This document shows positions 9,597 through 18,187 of a stretch of 64,000 nucleotides of DNA, in pieces. Source of the DNA: Patescibacteria group bacterium (GTDB taxonomy: Bacteria; Patescibacteriota; Patescibacteriia; UBA10025; JAHIVO01). The position numbers were made by a program, and so were the translations under genes. The notes beneath the pieces are model-generated. The model made no database searches, was not told the DNA's origin, and saw only the letters and a program-made list of their open reading frames with translations. The stretch is taken from NCBI GenBank assembly GCA_049325535.1, contig JBMOKY010000001.1, positions 93,002 to 157,001 on the forward strand. The letters run 5' to 3'. The stretch's first letter is position 1, and each line of letters begins with the position of its first letter.

Positions 9597-9634
9597 TAGG
9601 GCTGGTTTGGGTGTCGGCAGAACCGACGATCGCG

Positions 9635-9841
9635 TCAGGTGGTCAGGCGGCTGACGTTGACTATTCTCAGCGCGGGGTCGCACTCGACTACCTGGAATTT
9701 CCAGCTACTCGGCAGAGCATGGTTCTCGCCGGAGAAACGGAAGTCCATTTCGACTGTCTCGCCGGCATCAGGCCAGCGGTCTGAGCTGCAGTATCCGAGC
9801 TCGTGTTCGGTATTTCCGTCCACCAGGACGATTTTGTACAT
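9635..9841 (-). CDS. small hypothetical protein (68 aa)
   Basis: ATG at 9841 is preceded by GGAGG 10 nt upstream; the product begins MYKIVLVDGNTEHELGYC... and a terminator follows. No recognisable family. Confidence 0.45.
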   Translation of the reverse strand: MYKIVLVDGNTEHELGYCSSDRWPDAGETVEMDFRFSGENHALPSSWKFQVVECDPALRIVNVSRLTT

Positions 9842-9999
9842 GATCACGACGAACCTCCGTGGGTGATGGTTATGCGATGGAGAATGTATTTTTATTTTTC
9901 TGACCGTAACACAGACCCTTGAGCCCGTCAAATAAAATAAGAGGGGCGGGTCTTTCGGTGACCAGCCCCTGACAAGAGCAAAATCGGTGAGTGGCAGAA

Positions 10000-10398
10000 T
10001 TACTTTATCTGCCCGAGTACGCGCCGGTTTTCCGGGCGCGGCGGCCGCGGCCAGGTCCTCGGTGTGCGTTGGGCGGCGCCGGCGGATTGGTGGGCCGGGG
10101 CAAAAACCTTCCAGCCGGTCGGATTTACGATCAGCGTTTCGCTGCCGACGCGGAACGGTTTGACGCCGTACTCCTTGCCCGGGTGGGCGACATTGGTCCG
10201 CATCCGTTCGTGCTCCAGGGTGTGGACCCGGATGGTAAACGACCGATTGGGGTCATGCGGATGCTGGATGACCAGCGCGTTTCGGGTACCGAAGGGATGC
10301 TCGGTTACCTCGATGCCGATGATGATGTCGTGCTCGTCATGCGCGGGGTAGGTAGCGAAAACGTTTCCGACGGGCACGAGTTTTTCATCGTGAGCCAT
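10000..10398 (-). CDS. uncharacterized small protein, tandem paralog 1 of 3 (132 aa)
   Basis: ATG is preceded by AGGAGGTGTC (SD to ATG spacing 6 nt). The N-terminus MAHDEKLVPVGNVF...IRVHTLEHERMRTNVAHPG aligns with paralogs 2 and 3. A hairpin plus T-run terminator lies near 9975-10000. Confidence 0.6.
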   Translation of the reverse strand: MAHDEKLVPVGNVFATYPAHDEHDIIIGIEVTEHPFGTRNALVIQHPHDPNRSFTIRVHTLEHERMRTNVAHPGKEYGVKPFRVGSETLIVNPTGWKVFAPAHQSAGAAQRTPRTWPRPPRPENRRVLGQIK

Positions 10399-10465
10399 GG
10401 GACACCTCCTGTGTGGTTGTTGGTTTTTTTGACGTTCTGTTTGTGGGGACTTTTGATTTCCGTTT

Positions 10466-10493
10466 ACTCTATCATGGAAATGTTTGTTGTCAA
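10466..10493 (-). promoter_or_regulatory. sigma70-type promoter of paralog 1 (TTGACA, 16 nt spacer, TAGAGT)
   Basis: Minus strand TTGACA (10493-10488) and TAGAGT (10471-10466). The whole promoter and 5' UTR block is duplicated upstream of paralog 2. Confidence 0.55.
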
Positions 10494-10591
10494 ATCATGT
10501 CGGCGGAATTGTATGAGCGCGACACAAAAAAGAACGCGTCAGTTGAGGTTGCTGACGCGTTTTCATTGGTTGGTACGGCCAGGATGGCCGT

Positions 10592-10993
10592 TTACTGGGT
10601 GGTGAAGTGGTCGGACGACCGTCTGGAGGCGGCGAGCTCAAGGTCGCGGAATTTGGGAGGGCGGGGTGAGATCACCTGTTCAGCGGTCTCAGCAGCATCG
10701 GCGTGATGCTTGTCGACGAACACAAGGGTTGATTCATCGACGGCGAAATCGTCGGGGAGCGGGTGCGCCGTTTTTATGGCGCAACTGTTGCCGGGTTTGG
10801 CCACGTTTGTCCGGTTGCGGTTGATCTCGATGGTCGAAACCTTTACCGTAATGTGCCGTTCTCCATTGGCCAGCACCAGCTCTTCATGCGGCACGAATCC
10901 ATGGCTTCCCACATTGATCCCGAAATACGGACCGTATTTGCCCGGAAAGACCCGGAATACGTGGCCGACGGGAACAAGATTTCCATTGGCCAT
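10592..10993 (-). CDS. uncharacterized small protein, tandem paralog 2 of 3 (133 aa)
   Basis: The product begins MANGNLVPVGHVF...VKVSTIEINRNRTNVAKPG. The SD and ATG context is identical to paralog 1 (GACACCTCCTGTGT on the plus strand). Confidence 0.6.
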   Translation of the reverse strand: MANGNLVPVGHVFRVFPGKYGPYFGINVGSHGFVPHEELVLANGERHITVKVSTIEINRNRTNVAKPGNSCAIKTAHPLPDDFAVDESTLVFVDKHHADAAETAEQVISPRPPKFRDLELAASRRSSDHFTTQ

Positions 10994-11056
10994 ACGACAC
11001 CTCCTGTGTTGGATTGTGATTGGTGTGCTATTTCTAGCGGGGTTTATTTGCCGTTT

Positions 11057-11084
11057 ACTTTATCATGGGGACATGCGCTGTCAA
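11057..11084 (-). promoter_or_regulatory. sigma70-type promoter of paralog 2 (TTGACA, 16 nt spacer, TAAAGT)
   Basis: Near-identical to the paralog 1 promoter block: plus-strand CCGTTTACT(C/T)TATCATGG...TGTCAAAT. Confidence 0.55.
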
Positions 11085-11185
11085 ATGTATTGTGAGTGGT
11101 ATATCGACCACGTATCGACCGCCGTGAAATAAAAAAGGCGTATCAACGAGGGGCGTTGATACGCCGAAGCGATCGGCAGGACTGC

Positions 11186-11476
11186 TCAGGCACGGAAGAT
11201 GAGCATGCCGTGGTGGAACTCGGCGGCGTCCTGGACCTGGATGGAGCATTTTTCTCCGCGGTTGACCCTCTTGCGGGGCCGCCGGTTTACCTGGATCGAA
11301 GACGCGGTGACGGTCTGGTCAGTATGTGTCCGCCGTCCACTCTCGAAGAGCAGCGTCTGGCCCTGCTCTACCCGATGCCGGACGCGCACGCCGACACAGT
11401 TGAGTTCGTGGAAAATTCTGATAACCTTCCCCACCTCGGACCGTATCCGCGTCGTATCAGATTGATTACCAGCCAT
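11186..11476 (-). CDS. uncharacterized small protein, diverged tandem paralog 3 of 3 (96 aa)
   Basis: VGKVIRIF...SSIQVNRRPRKRVNRGEKCSIQ aligns with paralog 2 VGHVFRVF...STIEINRNRTNVAKPGNSCAIK. The SD is AGGAGGTACG before the ATG. Confidence 0.5.
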   Translation of the reverse strand: MAGNQSDTTRIRSEVGKVIRIFHELNCVGVRVRHRVEQGQTLLFESGRRTHTDQTVTASSIQVNRRPRKRVNRGEKCSIQVQDAAEFHHGMLIFRA

Positions 11477-11490
11477 CGTACCTCCTGGAA

Positions 11491-11532
11491 AATTTTTTGG
11501 TATTTAAAAACAACGGTTTCGCAACAACCGTA
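11491..11532 (-). terminator. hairpin (ACGGTT/AACCGT) followed by a T-run on the minus strand; candidate rnc terminator or attenuator in the paralog-3 5' UTR
   Basis: The minus strand reads ACGGTTGTTGCGAAACCGT followed by TGTTTTTAAATACCAAAAAATTTT, located between the rnc stop and the paralog-3 SD. Confidence 0.4.
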
Positions 11533-11565
11533 CGCTTTTACTGGTAGGGCGTCAAGTCCAGGTAG

Positions 11566-12255
11566 TTACCAACCCTTCGCCGCGAGCGCATTCTCCGCCG
11601 CGGCTACTTGTGCTTCCTGTTTTGACGTCCCCTCGCCTTGGGCGATCATCTCCCCGCCGAGATAGACACCGATCACGAATTTTTTCGCGTGATCCGGGCC
11701 GCTTTCTTCCAGCACGGTGTAGTGCGGGGTGATACCCATGCGATCCTGACTGGCCTCCTGAAAGCGGCTCTTCGGGTCGATATAGAGTTTATGTTTCAGG
11801 ATATCGTCGAGCCGGGACAGGACGTGGTCAGCGATAAATTGCTTGGCAACGTCCCAGCCTTGGTCGAGATAGATAGCGCCGATGATAGCCTCGAACGCAT
11901 TGGCCAGAATGTAGGAACGGGCCTTGGCATTTGCGTCTTTTGCCTCGCCTCGTGACAGGTGGAGGTATTCGTAGATGTGGAATGTTTCGGCAATATCCGA
12001 AAGCGTTTTGGCATTGACCATGGCGGCCCGCCAGTTGGTCAGCTCGCCTTCCGGATTATCAAAATGAAGGTAGAGGTATTCGGTGACCACGAGCTCCAAT
12101 ACGGCATCGCCCAGGAATTCCAGACGCTCATTGTGCCCCAGCGGAAAATTCCGGTTTTCATTAAGAAACGACCGGTGCACCAGCGCCTGTCGGAGGATAT
12201 CCTTATTGATGAATGTTATCTTGAGGGACTGTTCAAGTGATGTGGAGTCATGCAT
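11566..12255 (-). CDS. rnc: ribonuclease III
   Basis: The RNase III signature ERLEFLGDAVLELVVTEYLY is followed by a C-terminal dsRBD; 229 aa. Confidence 0.9.
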   Translation of the reverse strand: MHDSTSLEQSLKITFINKDILRQALVHRSFLNENRNFPLGHNERLEFLGDAVLELVVTEYLYLHFDNPEGELTNWRAAMVNAKTLSDIAETFHIYEYLHLSRGEAKDANAKARSYILANAFEAIIGAIYLDQGWDVAKQFIADHVLSRLDDILKHKLYIDPKSRFQEASQDRMGITPHYTVLEESGPDHAKKFVIGVYLGGEMIAQGEGTSKQEAQVAAAENALAAKGW

Positions 12256-12290
12256 ATCCTGCTGACAACCATCTCAAACCAATGCTCGCC

Positions 12291-12797
12291 TTATGCGGTC
12301 GGCGGAGCGCTCGTTTCAGATGATGGATTAATCGGTTGGTGGGGCTGACCGGTCGGTTCGCTGATGGCCGTCTCGCCTTGCGCCACCATGTCTTTATAAA
12401 TACTTCCCAGGACGCCATTGATGAATTTGCCAGAGGACTCACCGCCAAATGTTTTGGCTAATTCAATAGCTTCATTGATGGCGACTTTGGGCGGGATTTC
12501 TCCTTTTGAGAATTTCAATTCATAAATGCCGATGCGGAGCACGTTTCGGTCGACGACGGTGATTTGTTCCAGTGGCCATTCGGGAGCGTAGGTGGTGATG
12601 AGGGCGTTGATGTCATCTATATTATTGATGACGCCTTTGATGATGTGTTGGGCAAAGCCATTATCATTGAAATCCGGAGCAAATGATTTCATATTTTCCT
12701 CGGCGAGCGTCGAAAGCGCCTGTGCGTCGAGTTTATTAAAATCCCACTCATACAATGACTGCATGGCGATGGTTCGGGAGAGGTGACGGTTTGACAT
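12291..12797 (-). CDS. nusB: transcription antitermination factor NusB
   Basis: 168 aa with a NusB-like N-terminus ([13 protein letters not shown]) and helical fold pattern. Confidence 0.75.
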   Translation of the reverse strand: MSNRHLSRTIAMQSLYEWDFNKLDAQALSTLAEENMKSFAPDFNDNGFAQHIIKGVINNIDDINALITTYAPEWPLEQITVVDRNVLRIGIYELKFSKGEIPPKVAINEAIELAKTFGGESSGKFINGVLGSIYKDMVAQGETAISEPTGQPHQPINPSSETSAPPTA

Positions 12798-12802
12798 AGC
12801 CC

Positions 12803-13036
12803 TTAGCGGTTTTTGGCCTTATCGTCTTTTTTCTTAGCCTTCTTTTCTTTGCGGGAGGCTCGTTCGTCGAGCTGCAGCACATCGCGACCCCGATAAAATC
12901 CGTCAAATGGGTTGACGTGGTGGGGCAGGTGTGGTTTGCCGCTCTTCGTTGACGTCGAGAGAGTCAGCCGGGTAATCCCGTGGTGGGACCGTCGTTCGCG
13001 TTTTTGTTGTTTGGATCGTTTTTTTGCTTGTACCAT
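12803..13036 (-). CDS. rpmF: 50S ribosomal protein bL32 with a lysine-rich C-terminal extension
   Basis: [53 protein letters not shown] aligns with E. coli L32 (RRSHDALT...[20 protein letters not shown]). A ~20-aa K-rich tail follows. Confidence 0.8.
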   Translation of the reverse strand: MVQAKKRSKQQKRERRSHHGITRLTLSTSTKSGKPHLPHHVNPFDGFYRGRDVLQLDERASRKEKKAKKKDDKAKNR

Positions 13037-13075
13037 ATGGGTATTCGATTATTAGTATACTGTGTATCATAAGTA

Positions 13076-13104
13076 TTGACAAGGGAGCGCATCACATCTA
13101 TACT
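13076..13104 (+). promoter_or_regulatory. near-consensus sigma70 promoter (TTGACA, 17 nt spacer, TATACT) for the stand-alone response regulator
   Basis: TTGACA at 13076-13081 and TATACT at 13099-13104, about 80 nt upstream of the ATG at 13185. Confidence 0.5.
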
Positions 13105-13184
13105 CGCATATCGTCATTGCACGTTGTCAATTTCTCCCTATTTCCTGAAGTGCAACACTCAAAACTCCAGAAAGGAGTGTCTGT

Positions 13185-13559
13185 ATGCAGTCAGTGCGCC
13201 ATGCCTTGGTGGTGGATGACGATGCGCTGCTGCGTGACTTGGTCACGGAGATCGCGGAACTGGAAGGGTTTCAGGTTACGACATGCGTGGACGGCCGTCA
13301 AGCGCTGGAGTATCTCCAGCAGTCTGCCGACGACATTTCACTCGTGGTTACTGATCTGGAAATGCCCTCTATGACCGGGCCGGAGCTCATTCACGCGCTG
13401 CGTGAACAGGGCTTACGGGTGCCGATCATCCTGATGTCCGGGAACCCTCAGAAGCTCAGCCAAGCCACGGCTGATCTGAGTGGATGTACGATCCGTACCA
13501 TCGGGAAACCGTTCCAGCTCGCGGAATTTCGCGAACTCATCACCACCGCGACCGCATAG
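13185..13559 (+). CDS. single-domain response regulator (CheY-like receiver)
   Basis: LVVDDD...VVTDLEMPSMTG...ILMSG...K receiver motifs; the SD is AAAGGAG. Confidence 0.85.
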   Translation: MQSVRHALVVDDDALLRDLVTEIAELEGFQVTTCVDGRQALEYLQQSADDISLVVTDLEMPSMTGPELIHALREQGLRVPIILMSGNPQKLSQATADLSGCTIRTIGKPFQLAEFRELITTATA

Positions 13560-13833
13560 GACGCGGGTCATAGACTGCACATAGGAATCGTGCACAAGGG
13601 AAAGAAGCCGTTCGTTCAACTATTGGATGGACGGTTTTTTATTTTGATTTGTCACTTTTTGAGTGACCAAAAAGTGACAGAAAAAGTTACCGGGGGCTCC
13701 TATGCGCCACTGACCAGATACTGCCTGCATGATAGGAGGGGCTTAGAGGATCCCCCGGACCCCCTGTTTCTAATTTATTTGGAGCAAAGAATTTTAGAAC
13801 TTTACTTCAAGTAAGAAAGGTATATACTGGTGG

Positions 13834-13858
13834 CGTACCAATGCTGGTACGTGTTTTT
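13834..13858 (+). terminator. short hairpin (CGTACCA/TGGTACG) followed by TTTTT, just downstream of a candidate promoter
   Basis: Candidate promoter TTTACT, 16 nt spacer, TATACT at 13801-13828, followed by CGTACCAATGCTGGTACGTGTTTTTCG. Confidence 0.35.
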
Positions 13859-13885
13859 CGTTCTTCCAACCATGAGGAGGTGCCG

Positions 13886-14026
13886 ATGCGAACAACCGGC
13901 CTGAATCATGAACCCGGTAACGGTGGTTACCCACTTCGCGGCGACTCAGATGGAGGTTGATCCATGAAGAGGTTCCTCGGTTCCGGTGTTGGTCCGCGAC
14001 ATTGTGGTGGTGGTGACGAAGCCTAG
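13886..14026 (+). other. two tandem mini-ORFs (24 and 20 codons, Gly-rich), each with a strong Shine-Dalgarno
   Basis: GAGGAGGTGCCG then ATG gives MRTTGLNHEPGNGGYPLRGDSDGG*; GGAGGTTGATCC then ATG gives MKRFLGSGVGPRHCGGGDEA*. They lie in a 580-nt region that is otherwise ORF-free. Confidence 0.3.
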
Positions 14027-14060
14027 TCGCTCAGCTACCCGTGTGGCGGATCAAACAACA

Positions 14061-14095
14061 GGCGATGTGCGTATGCATGTCGCCTGGATTTTTTA
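14061..14095 (+). terminator. hairpin GGCGA...TCGCC followed by TGGATTTTTTAC
   Basis: Stem-loop plus T-run on the plus strand, downstream of the mini-ORFs. Confidence 0.35.
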
Positions 14096-14142
14096 CTGGG
14101 GGATGCCGAAACAAGTTCGGCATGAGGAGGTATATATTGTCC

Positions 14143-14457
14143 TCATCCTGAACTCGTTTCAGGATCTCTTTCGGACCACTCTGCTGCCAAATCAACCATC
14201 GCTGGGTTATGTTTGCGCACTAAGTTAAATTTCCAGTCACGGTGCCAGTTCTTCATCTGCTTTTCCCTTTGTACCGCATCCATGAGCATCACAAATTCTT
14301 CATAGTAGACGAGTTTGTTAATTTTGTATCGACTAGTAAATCCGGGTTTAATTTTATTTTTATGTTCCCATACTCGGTATTCTAAATTTCGAGTGACGCC
14401 AATATATAGAACATTATTTCTTTTATTTGTCATTATGTAGACATAATAGGAATACAT
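14143..14457 (-). CDS. GIY-YIG nuclease family protein (small stand-alone, 104 aa)
   Basis: YSYYVYIMTNKRNNVLYIGVTRNLEYRVWEHK is the GIY-YIG motif. The gene is AT-rich (roughly 36% GC against about 55% for its neighbours). Confidence 0.8.
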   Translation of the reverse strand: MYSYYVYIMTNKRNNVLYIGVTRNLEYRVWEHKNKIKPGFTSRYKINKLVYYEEFVMLMDAVQREKQMKNWHRDWKFNLVRKHNPAMVDLAAEWSERDPETSSG

Positions 14458-14460
14458 AAA

Positions 14461-14496
14461 AACCTTCCTGGTGAAGGGAAGGTTTTTGGTTTTTTA
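14461..14496 (-). terminator. bidirectional hairpin terminator downstream of gyrA
   Basis: AACCTTCC tggtgaag GGAAGGTT. On the minus strand it is followed by TTTTT and directly by the GIY-YIG ATG; on the plus strand by TTTTTGGTTTTTT. Confidence 0.55.
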
Positions 14497-14512
14497 AAAA
14501 GTTGTGGATGAG

Positions 14513-17017
14513 TTACACAAACGTCACGGTGGAGACGCCGTCTTTGTCATCCGAAAGGCGCATCAAGCGGACGCCCTGAGTGGCACGGCCGAGTACGGAG
14601 ACGGTTTTCAGTGGCATGCGGATGACCTGGCCCTTATCGGAAATGACGATCAGGTCTTCTTCGGCCAGTTTGGCATTGACGATGAATGCCGAGACGATGC
14701 GGCCGGTCTTCGGGGTGATTTTAGCGGTTTTGATGCCGCTGCCGCCGCGACCCTGGATGCGATAGTTCGACAGGTTCGAGCGTTTGCCAAATCCTTTTTC
14801 CATGACGACCAGAAGCTGCTCATTCTGGTCGGCTTTGCCTTCATTGATCATATCCATGCCCGAGACTTTGTCATTGCCTTTCAATCGGATCGCCCGGACA
14901 CCAGCGGCGTTGCGGCCCATGGAGCGGAGCTGCTTCTCTCTGAAGCGGATAGCCTGTCCTTGCTCAGTGACGATGATGACGTCGTCTTTGCCGGTCGACG
15001 GCTTGACCCACTCGAGCGTGTCTTGTGTTTTCAGTTTGACGGCTATAAGTCCGGACCGGCGCACTGAGGCGAAATCACTGAGATCAACTTTTTTAATGAC
15101 ACCGTTTTTTGTGGCCATCACCAGGAATTTGAAATCGCCGAGGTCAGCCAGAGACAGGACGGCAGTGATTTTTTCCTCCGGCCCGAGCTGGAGGAAATTG
15201 ACGATGGCCTGACCTTTGGCCGTGCGGGATGCCGGCGGGACGTCGTATGCTTTCAGCTGGAATACTCGTCCTTTGGTGGTGAAGAATAGCAGATCGGCAT
15301 GGGTGGTGGTGGTAATCAGATTATCCACGGTGTCCTGCTCTTTGGTGGTGAGGCCGATGACCCCGCGGCCGCCGCGTTTCTGGACCCGGAATGTTTCTGG
15401 CGGAACCCGCTTGATATAGCCATCACGCGTAATCATGATGACCGTGGCTTCATTCGGGATCAGGTCTTCCTGGGTAAATTCGCCGACCGCGCCGGCGCTT
15501 ACCTGGGTTTTTCGTTCATCACCGTAGGTGTCTCGGATTCCTTTTAGTTCGGATTTGATTACCTCGAGGATGCGTTTGCGCGATGAGAGTATCGATTCTA
15601 ATTCTTTGATCAGTGCCCGTTTTTCTTTGAGTTCTTCCAAAATGCGCAGCCGCTCCAGATTTGCCAACTGGGACAGCTTCATTTCCAGGATGGCTTCAGC
15701 TTGTCGTTCACTGAATTTGAATTTTTTCATCAGGTTGGCCCGCGCTTCATCCTTATCTTTTGATGCTTTGATCACGCGAATGACCGCATCAATATTATCG
15801 ACCGCTTTTTTCAAGCCCTCAAGTATATGGGCGCGATCCTTGGCGCGGTCCAGGTCGAACTGGGTGCGGCGTTTGACGACCACTTCCCGGTGTTTGATGT
15901 ACTCTTCCAGTACGGTCTTCAGATTCAGTACCCGCGGCTGGATGCCGTCCACCAGGGCCAGCATGTTGATATGAAAAGAGGTCTGGAGATTTGTCAGATT
16001 ATACAGGCGGTTGAGGACTTTTTTGGGGTAGGCTTCTTTTTTCAGTTCGATGACGATGCGTACACCGTCCTTGTCCGACTCATCGCGCAGGTCCCGGATG
16101 CCATCGATCCTTTTGTCCTGAACCAGTTTGGCAATCGTTTCAATGAGCGTCGCTTTATTTACCTGATAGGGCATCTCAGTGATGATGATACGGAATTGGC
16201 CACTCTTTTCCTCGACGATGTCGGCCTTTCCACGCATCACGATCGAACCTTTGCCGGTGCCGTAGGCGTGCTCGATATCTTTTTTATTAAATATAATACC
16301 GCCCGTGGGGAAATCCGGACCTTTGATAAATTGCATCAGGTCATTGACGCTTGCCTCCGGGTGGTCGATCAAATATGTGGTACCATCGATGATTTCAGTG
16401 AGATTGTGCGGGGGGATGGAAGTAGCCATGCCGACAGCAATACCCACCGTACCATTGAGGAGCAGATTGGGAAGTTTCGCCGGCAGGACTTGCGGTTCTT
16501 TTTGCGAACCGTCGTAGTTCGGGATGAAATTGACCGTATCTTTTTCGATGTCGAAGAGCAGCTCTTCGGAAATGCGGGAGAGTTTCGCTTCGGTGTAGCG
16601 CATGGCCGCGGCAAAATCGCCATCCATGGAGCCGAAGTTTCCCTGCCCAGACACCAGTGTGTAGCGCATGGCAAACCACTGGGCCATGCGAACCATGGAA
16701 TCATAGACGGCGGAGTCGCCATGGGGGTGATATTTACCTAAGACTTCACCAACCACGGTGGCTGATTTGCGGAATTTTGCCCCGGCTCGGAGGCCGATCG
16801 TCCACATGGCGTAGAGAATGCGTCGATGGACCGGTTTCATACCGTCACGGACGTCGGGCAATGCTCGTGCCACGATGACCGACATGGCATAATCAATGTA
16901 TGAGGATTGCATTTCCTCGATGATGGGCTGGAGCTCTACTCGTCCTCGGTTTGAGGATTGGGCTGCATCCGGCTGTGCCGATACGGGGCTGGCGGGTTGT
17001 TTTTTCTTCGCGGTCAT
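14513..17017 (-). CDS. gyrA: DNA gyrase subunit A
   Basis: 834 aa; N-terminal active-site region ...[17 protein letters not shown]... and C-terminal beta-pinwheel repeats. Confidence 0.95.
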   Translation of the reverse strand: MTAKKKQPASPVSAQPDAAQSSNRGRVELQPIIEEMQSSYIDYAMSVIVARALPDVRDGMKPVHRRILYAMWTIGLRAGAKFRKSATVVGEVLGKYHPHGDSAVYDSMVRMAQWFAMRYTLVSGQGNFGSMDGDFAAAMRYTEAKLSRISEELLFDIEKDTVNFIPNYDGSQKEPQVLPAKLPNLLLNGTVGIAVGMATSIPPHNLTEIIDGTTYLIDHPEASVNDLMQFIKGPDFPTGGIIFNKKDIEHAYGTGKGSIVMRGKADIVEEKSGQFRIIITEMPYQVNKATLIETIAKLVQDKRIDGIRDLRDESDKDGVRIVIELKKEAYPKKVLNRLYNLTNLQTSFHINMLALVDGIQPRVLNLKTVLEEYIKHREVVVKRRTQFDLDRAKDRAHILEGLKKAVDNIDAVIRVIKASKDKDEARANLMKKFKFSERQAEAILEMKLSQLANLERLRILEELKEKRALIKELESILSSRKRILEVIKSELKGIRDTYGDERKTQVSAGAVGEFTQEDLIPNEATVIMITRDGYIKRVPPETFRVQKRGGRGVIGLTTKEQDTVDNLITTTTHADLLFFTTKGRVFQLKAYDVPPASRTAKGQAIVNFLQLGPEEKITAVLSLADLGDFKFLVMATKNGVIKKVDLSDFASVRRSGLIAVKLKTQDTLEWVKPSTGKDDVIIVTEQGQAIRFREKQLRSMGRNAAGVRAIRLKGNDKVSGMDMINEGKADQNEQLLVVMEKGFGKRSNLSNYRIQGRGGSGIKTAKITPKTGRIVSAFIVNAKLAEEDLIVISDKGQVIRMPLKTVSVLGRATQGVRLMRLSDDKDGVSTVTFV

Positions 17018-17019
17018 AG

Positions 17020-17469
17020 TTATTGTTTGGTTGGATCTTCGAATTGAGGGAAGACGTGCTCTTCTAAATCCCGAATGCGTTCCTCGCTGGGGGCATTGGT
17101 ATTGGTGGAATCATCGAATGTGTCCTGCAATTTGAGCCAGTCGGTCTGTATGGTTTTGATGAGTCCAGACAGGCTCTGTGAAATTTTACCAAAGAATGAT
17201 GATTGCTGGGTATCGGTCAGCCGGCCATTGCTATAGAGGCCGATCCAGACGATACATATGATGGCAGTGATGATGATGGCACTCGCCCACATCAAAAGTT
17301 CCGACCGGCGGCTGGGTGATTTCGTTTCAGGAGTGGGCAGCGCGTGGGTGGGGATGCTGGTCATCGGTGCGGTAACAGGCGTGGCCGCTGCTGATTTTTT
17401 TGCTGCTGATGGTTTTTTCCGGGTGGGGCGTTTTGCGCGCGGTGCGCTGATGCCATCGACTGGGGTCAT
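17020..17469 (-). CDS. hypothetical membrane protein (K/A/P-rich N-terminus, one TM helix)
   Basis: 149-aa ORF with TM segment [21 protein letters not shown]; no family recognised. Confidence 0.45.
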   Translation of the reverse strand: MTPVDGISAPRAKRPTRKKPSAAKKSAAATPVTAPMTSIPTHALPTPETKSPSRRSELLMWASAIIITAIICIVWIGLYSNGRLTDTQQSSFFGKISQSLSGLIKTIQTDWLKLQDTFDDSTNTNAPSEERIRDLEEHVFPQFEDPTKQ

Positions 17470-17478
17470 AGCAGATGG

Positions 17479-18117
17479 TTAGGGTTTGAGTATGATGACC
17501 TGAGAATCCTCCACCGGCAACTCTTTTTTGGTCAGTCGCAGTTTTTCCAGACTGCCATTTGGAGTGACGCCCATTTCTTTACAAAAGGCGTCCACGCCAG
17601 CGAGTTTTACTTCTTTGAGTCCCGTGATGCGGTAGTGCATGGGGATGATGATGCGCGGCTCTATCTCGTTTACAACTTTCGCCGCGGTTTCCGCGTCGAT
17701 GGTGTAGGTGCCACCCACCGGGATCATCAGGATGTCGACATGGTCCAGGTGTTCGAGCTGGGTATCAGTGAGCATGGCCCCCAGGTCACCGAGATGGGCG
17801 ATACGCATCTCCTCGGCATCGATGGTAAATATCGTATTTACTCCCCGTTCCGCTCCATCCCGGTCGTCATGCCATGAAGTGATACCGCGGATGGCGATTC
17901 CCTTGATTTCGTATTCACCGGGGTTATCGACGATAAATGGTTCACCGGCGACCGCCCCGACATTATTATGGTCGTAGTGATCATGGCTCACGGTGACCAC
18001 ATCAGCGGTGAGGCGGGGCAGTTTCAGTCCCAATTTCGGATCATAAGGGTCAGTGATGACAGTCGCATCCTTGGTTTGAATCTTAAAACATGACTGTCCC
18101 AGCCAAGTGATATACAT
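17479..18117 (-). CDS. MBL-fold metallo-hydrolase
   Basis: The HxHxDH motif is present in VSHDHYDH; 212 aa. Confidence 0.75.
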   Translation of the reverse strand: MYITWLGQSCFKIQTKDATVITDPYDPKLGLKLPRLTADVVTVSHDHYDHNNVGAVAGEPFIVDNPGEYEIKGIAIRGITSWHDDRDGAERGVNTIFTIDAEEMRIAHLGDLGAMLTDTQLEHLDHVDILMIPVGGTYTIDAETAAKVVNEIEPRIIIPMHYRITGLKEVKLAGVDAFCKEMGVTPNGSLEKLRLTKKELPVEDSQVIILKP

Positions 18118-18187
18118 AGGAAAAATATTCTGTTAGTGAGCTTGAGCGTACCACAAAACAGCTCGTTCGTAAAGCGCGGATGGGCCG

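Noticed and set aside
9991-10605. 204-aa plus-strand ORF overlapping paralog 1
   Set aside because: The minus-strand frame is supported by SD+ATG and by protein-level conservation among three paralogs. The plus-strand frame spans gene and intergenic sequence.
13560-14140. RNase P RNA, SRP RNA or tmRNA in the ORF-free region
   Set aside because: No AGGAAAGTCCGGGC (P4), no GGAAGCAGCC (SRP domain IV), no tRNA-like CCACCA end or tag-peptide ORF were found; only generic hairpins.
15827-16741. 304-aa plus-strand ORF
   Set aside because: Antisense inside gyrA; no SD; Arg/Asp-rich composition typical of a spurious GC-rich frame.
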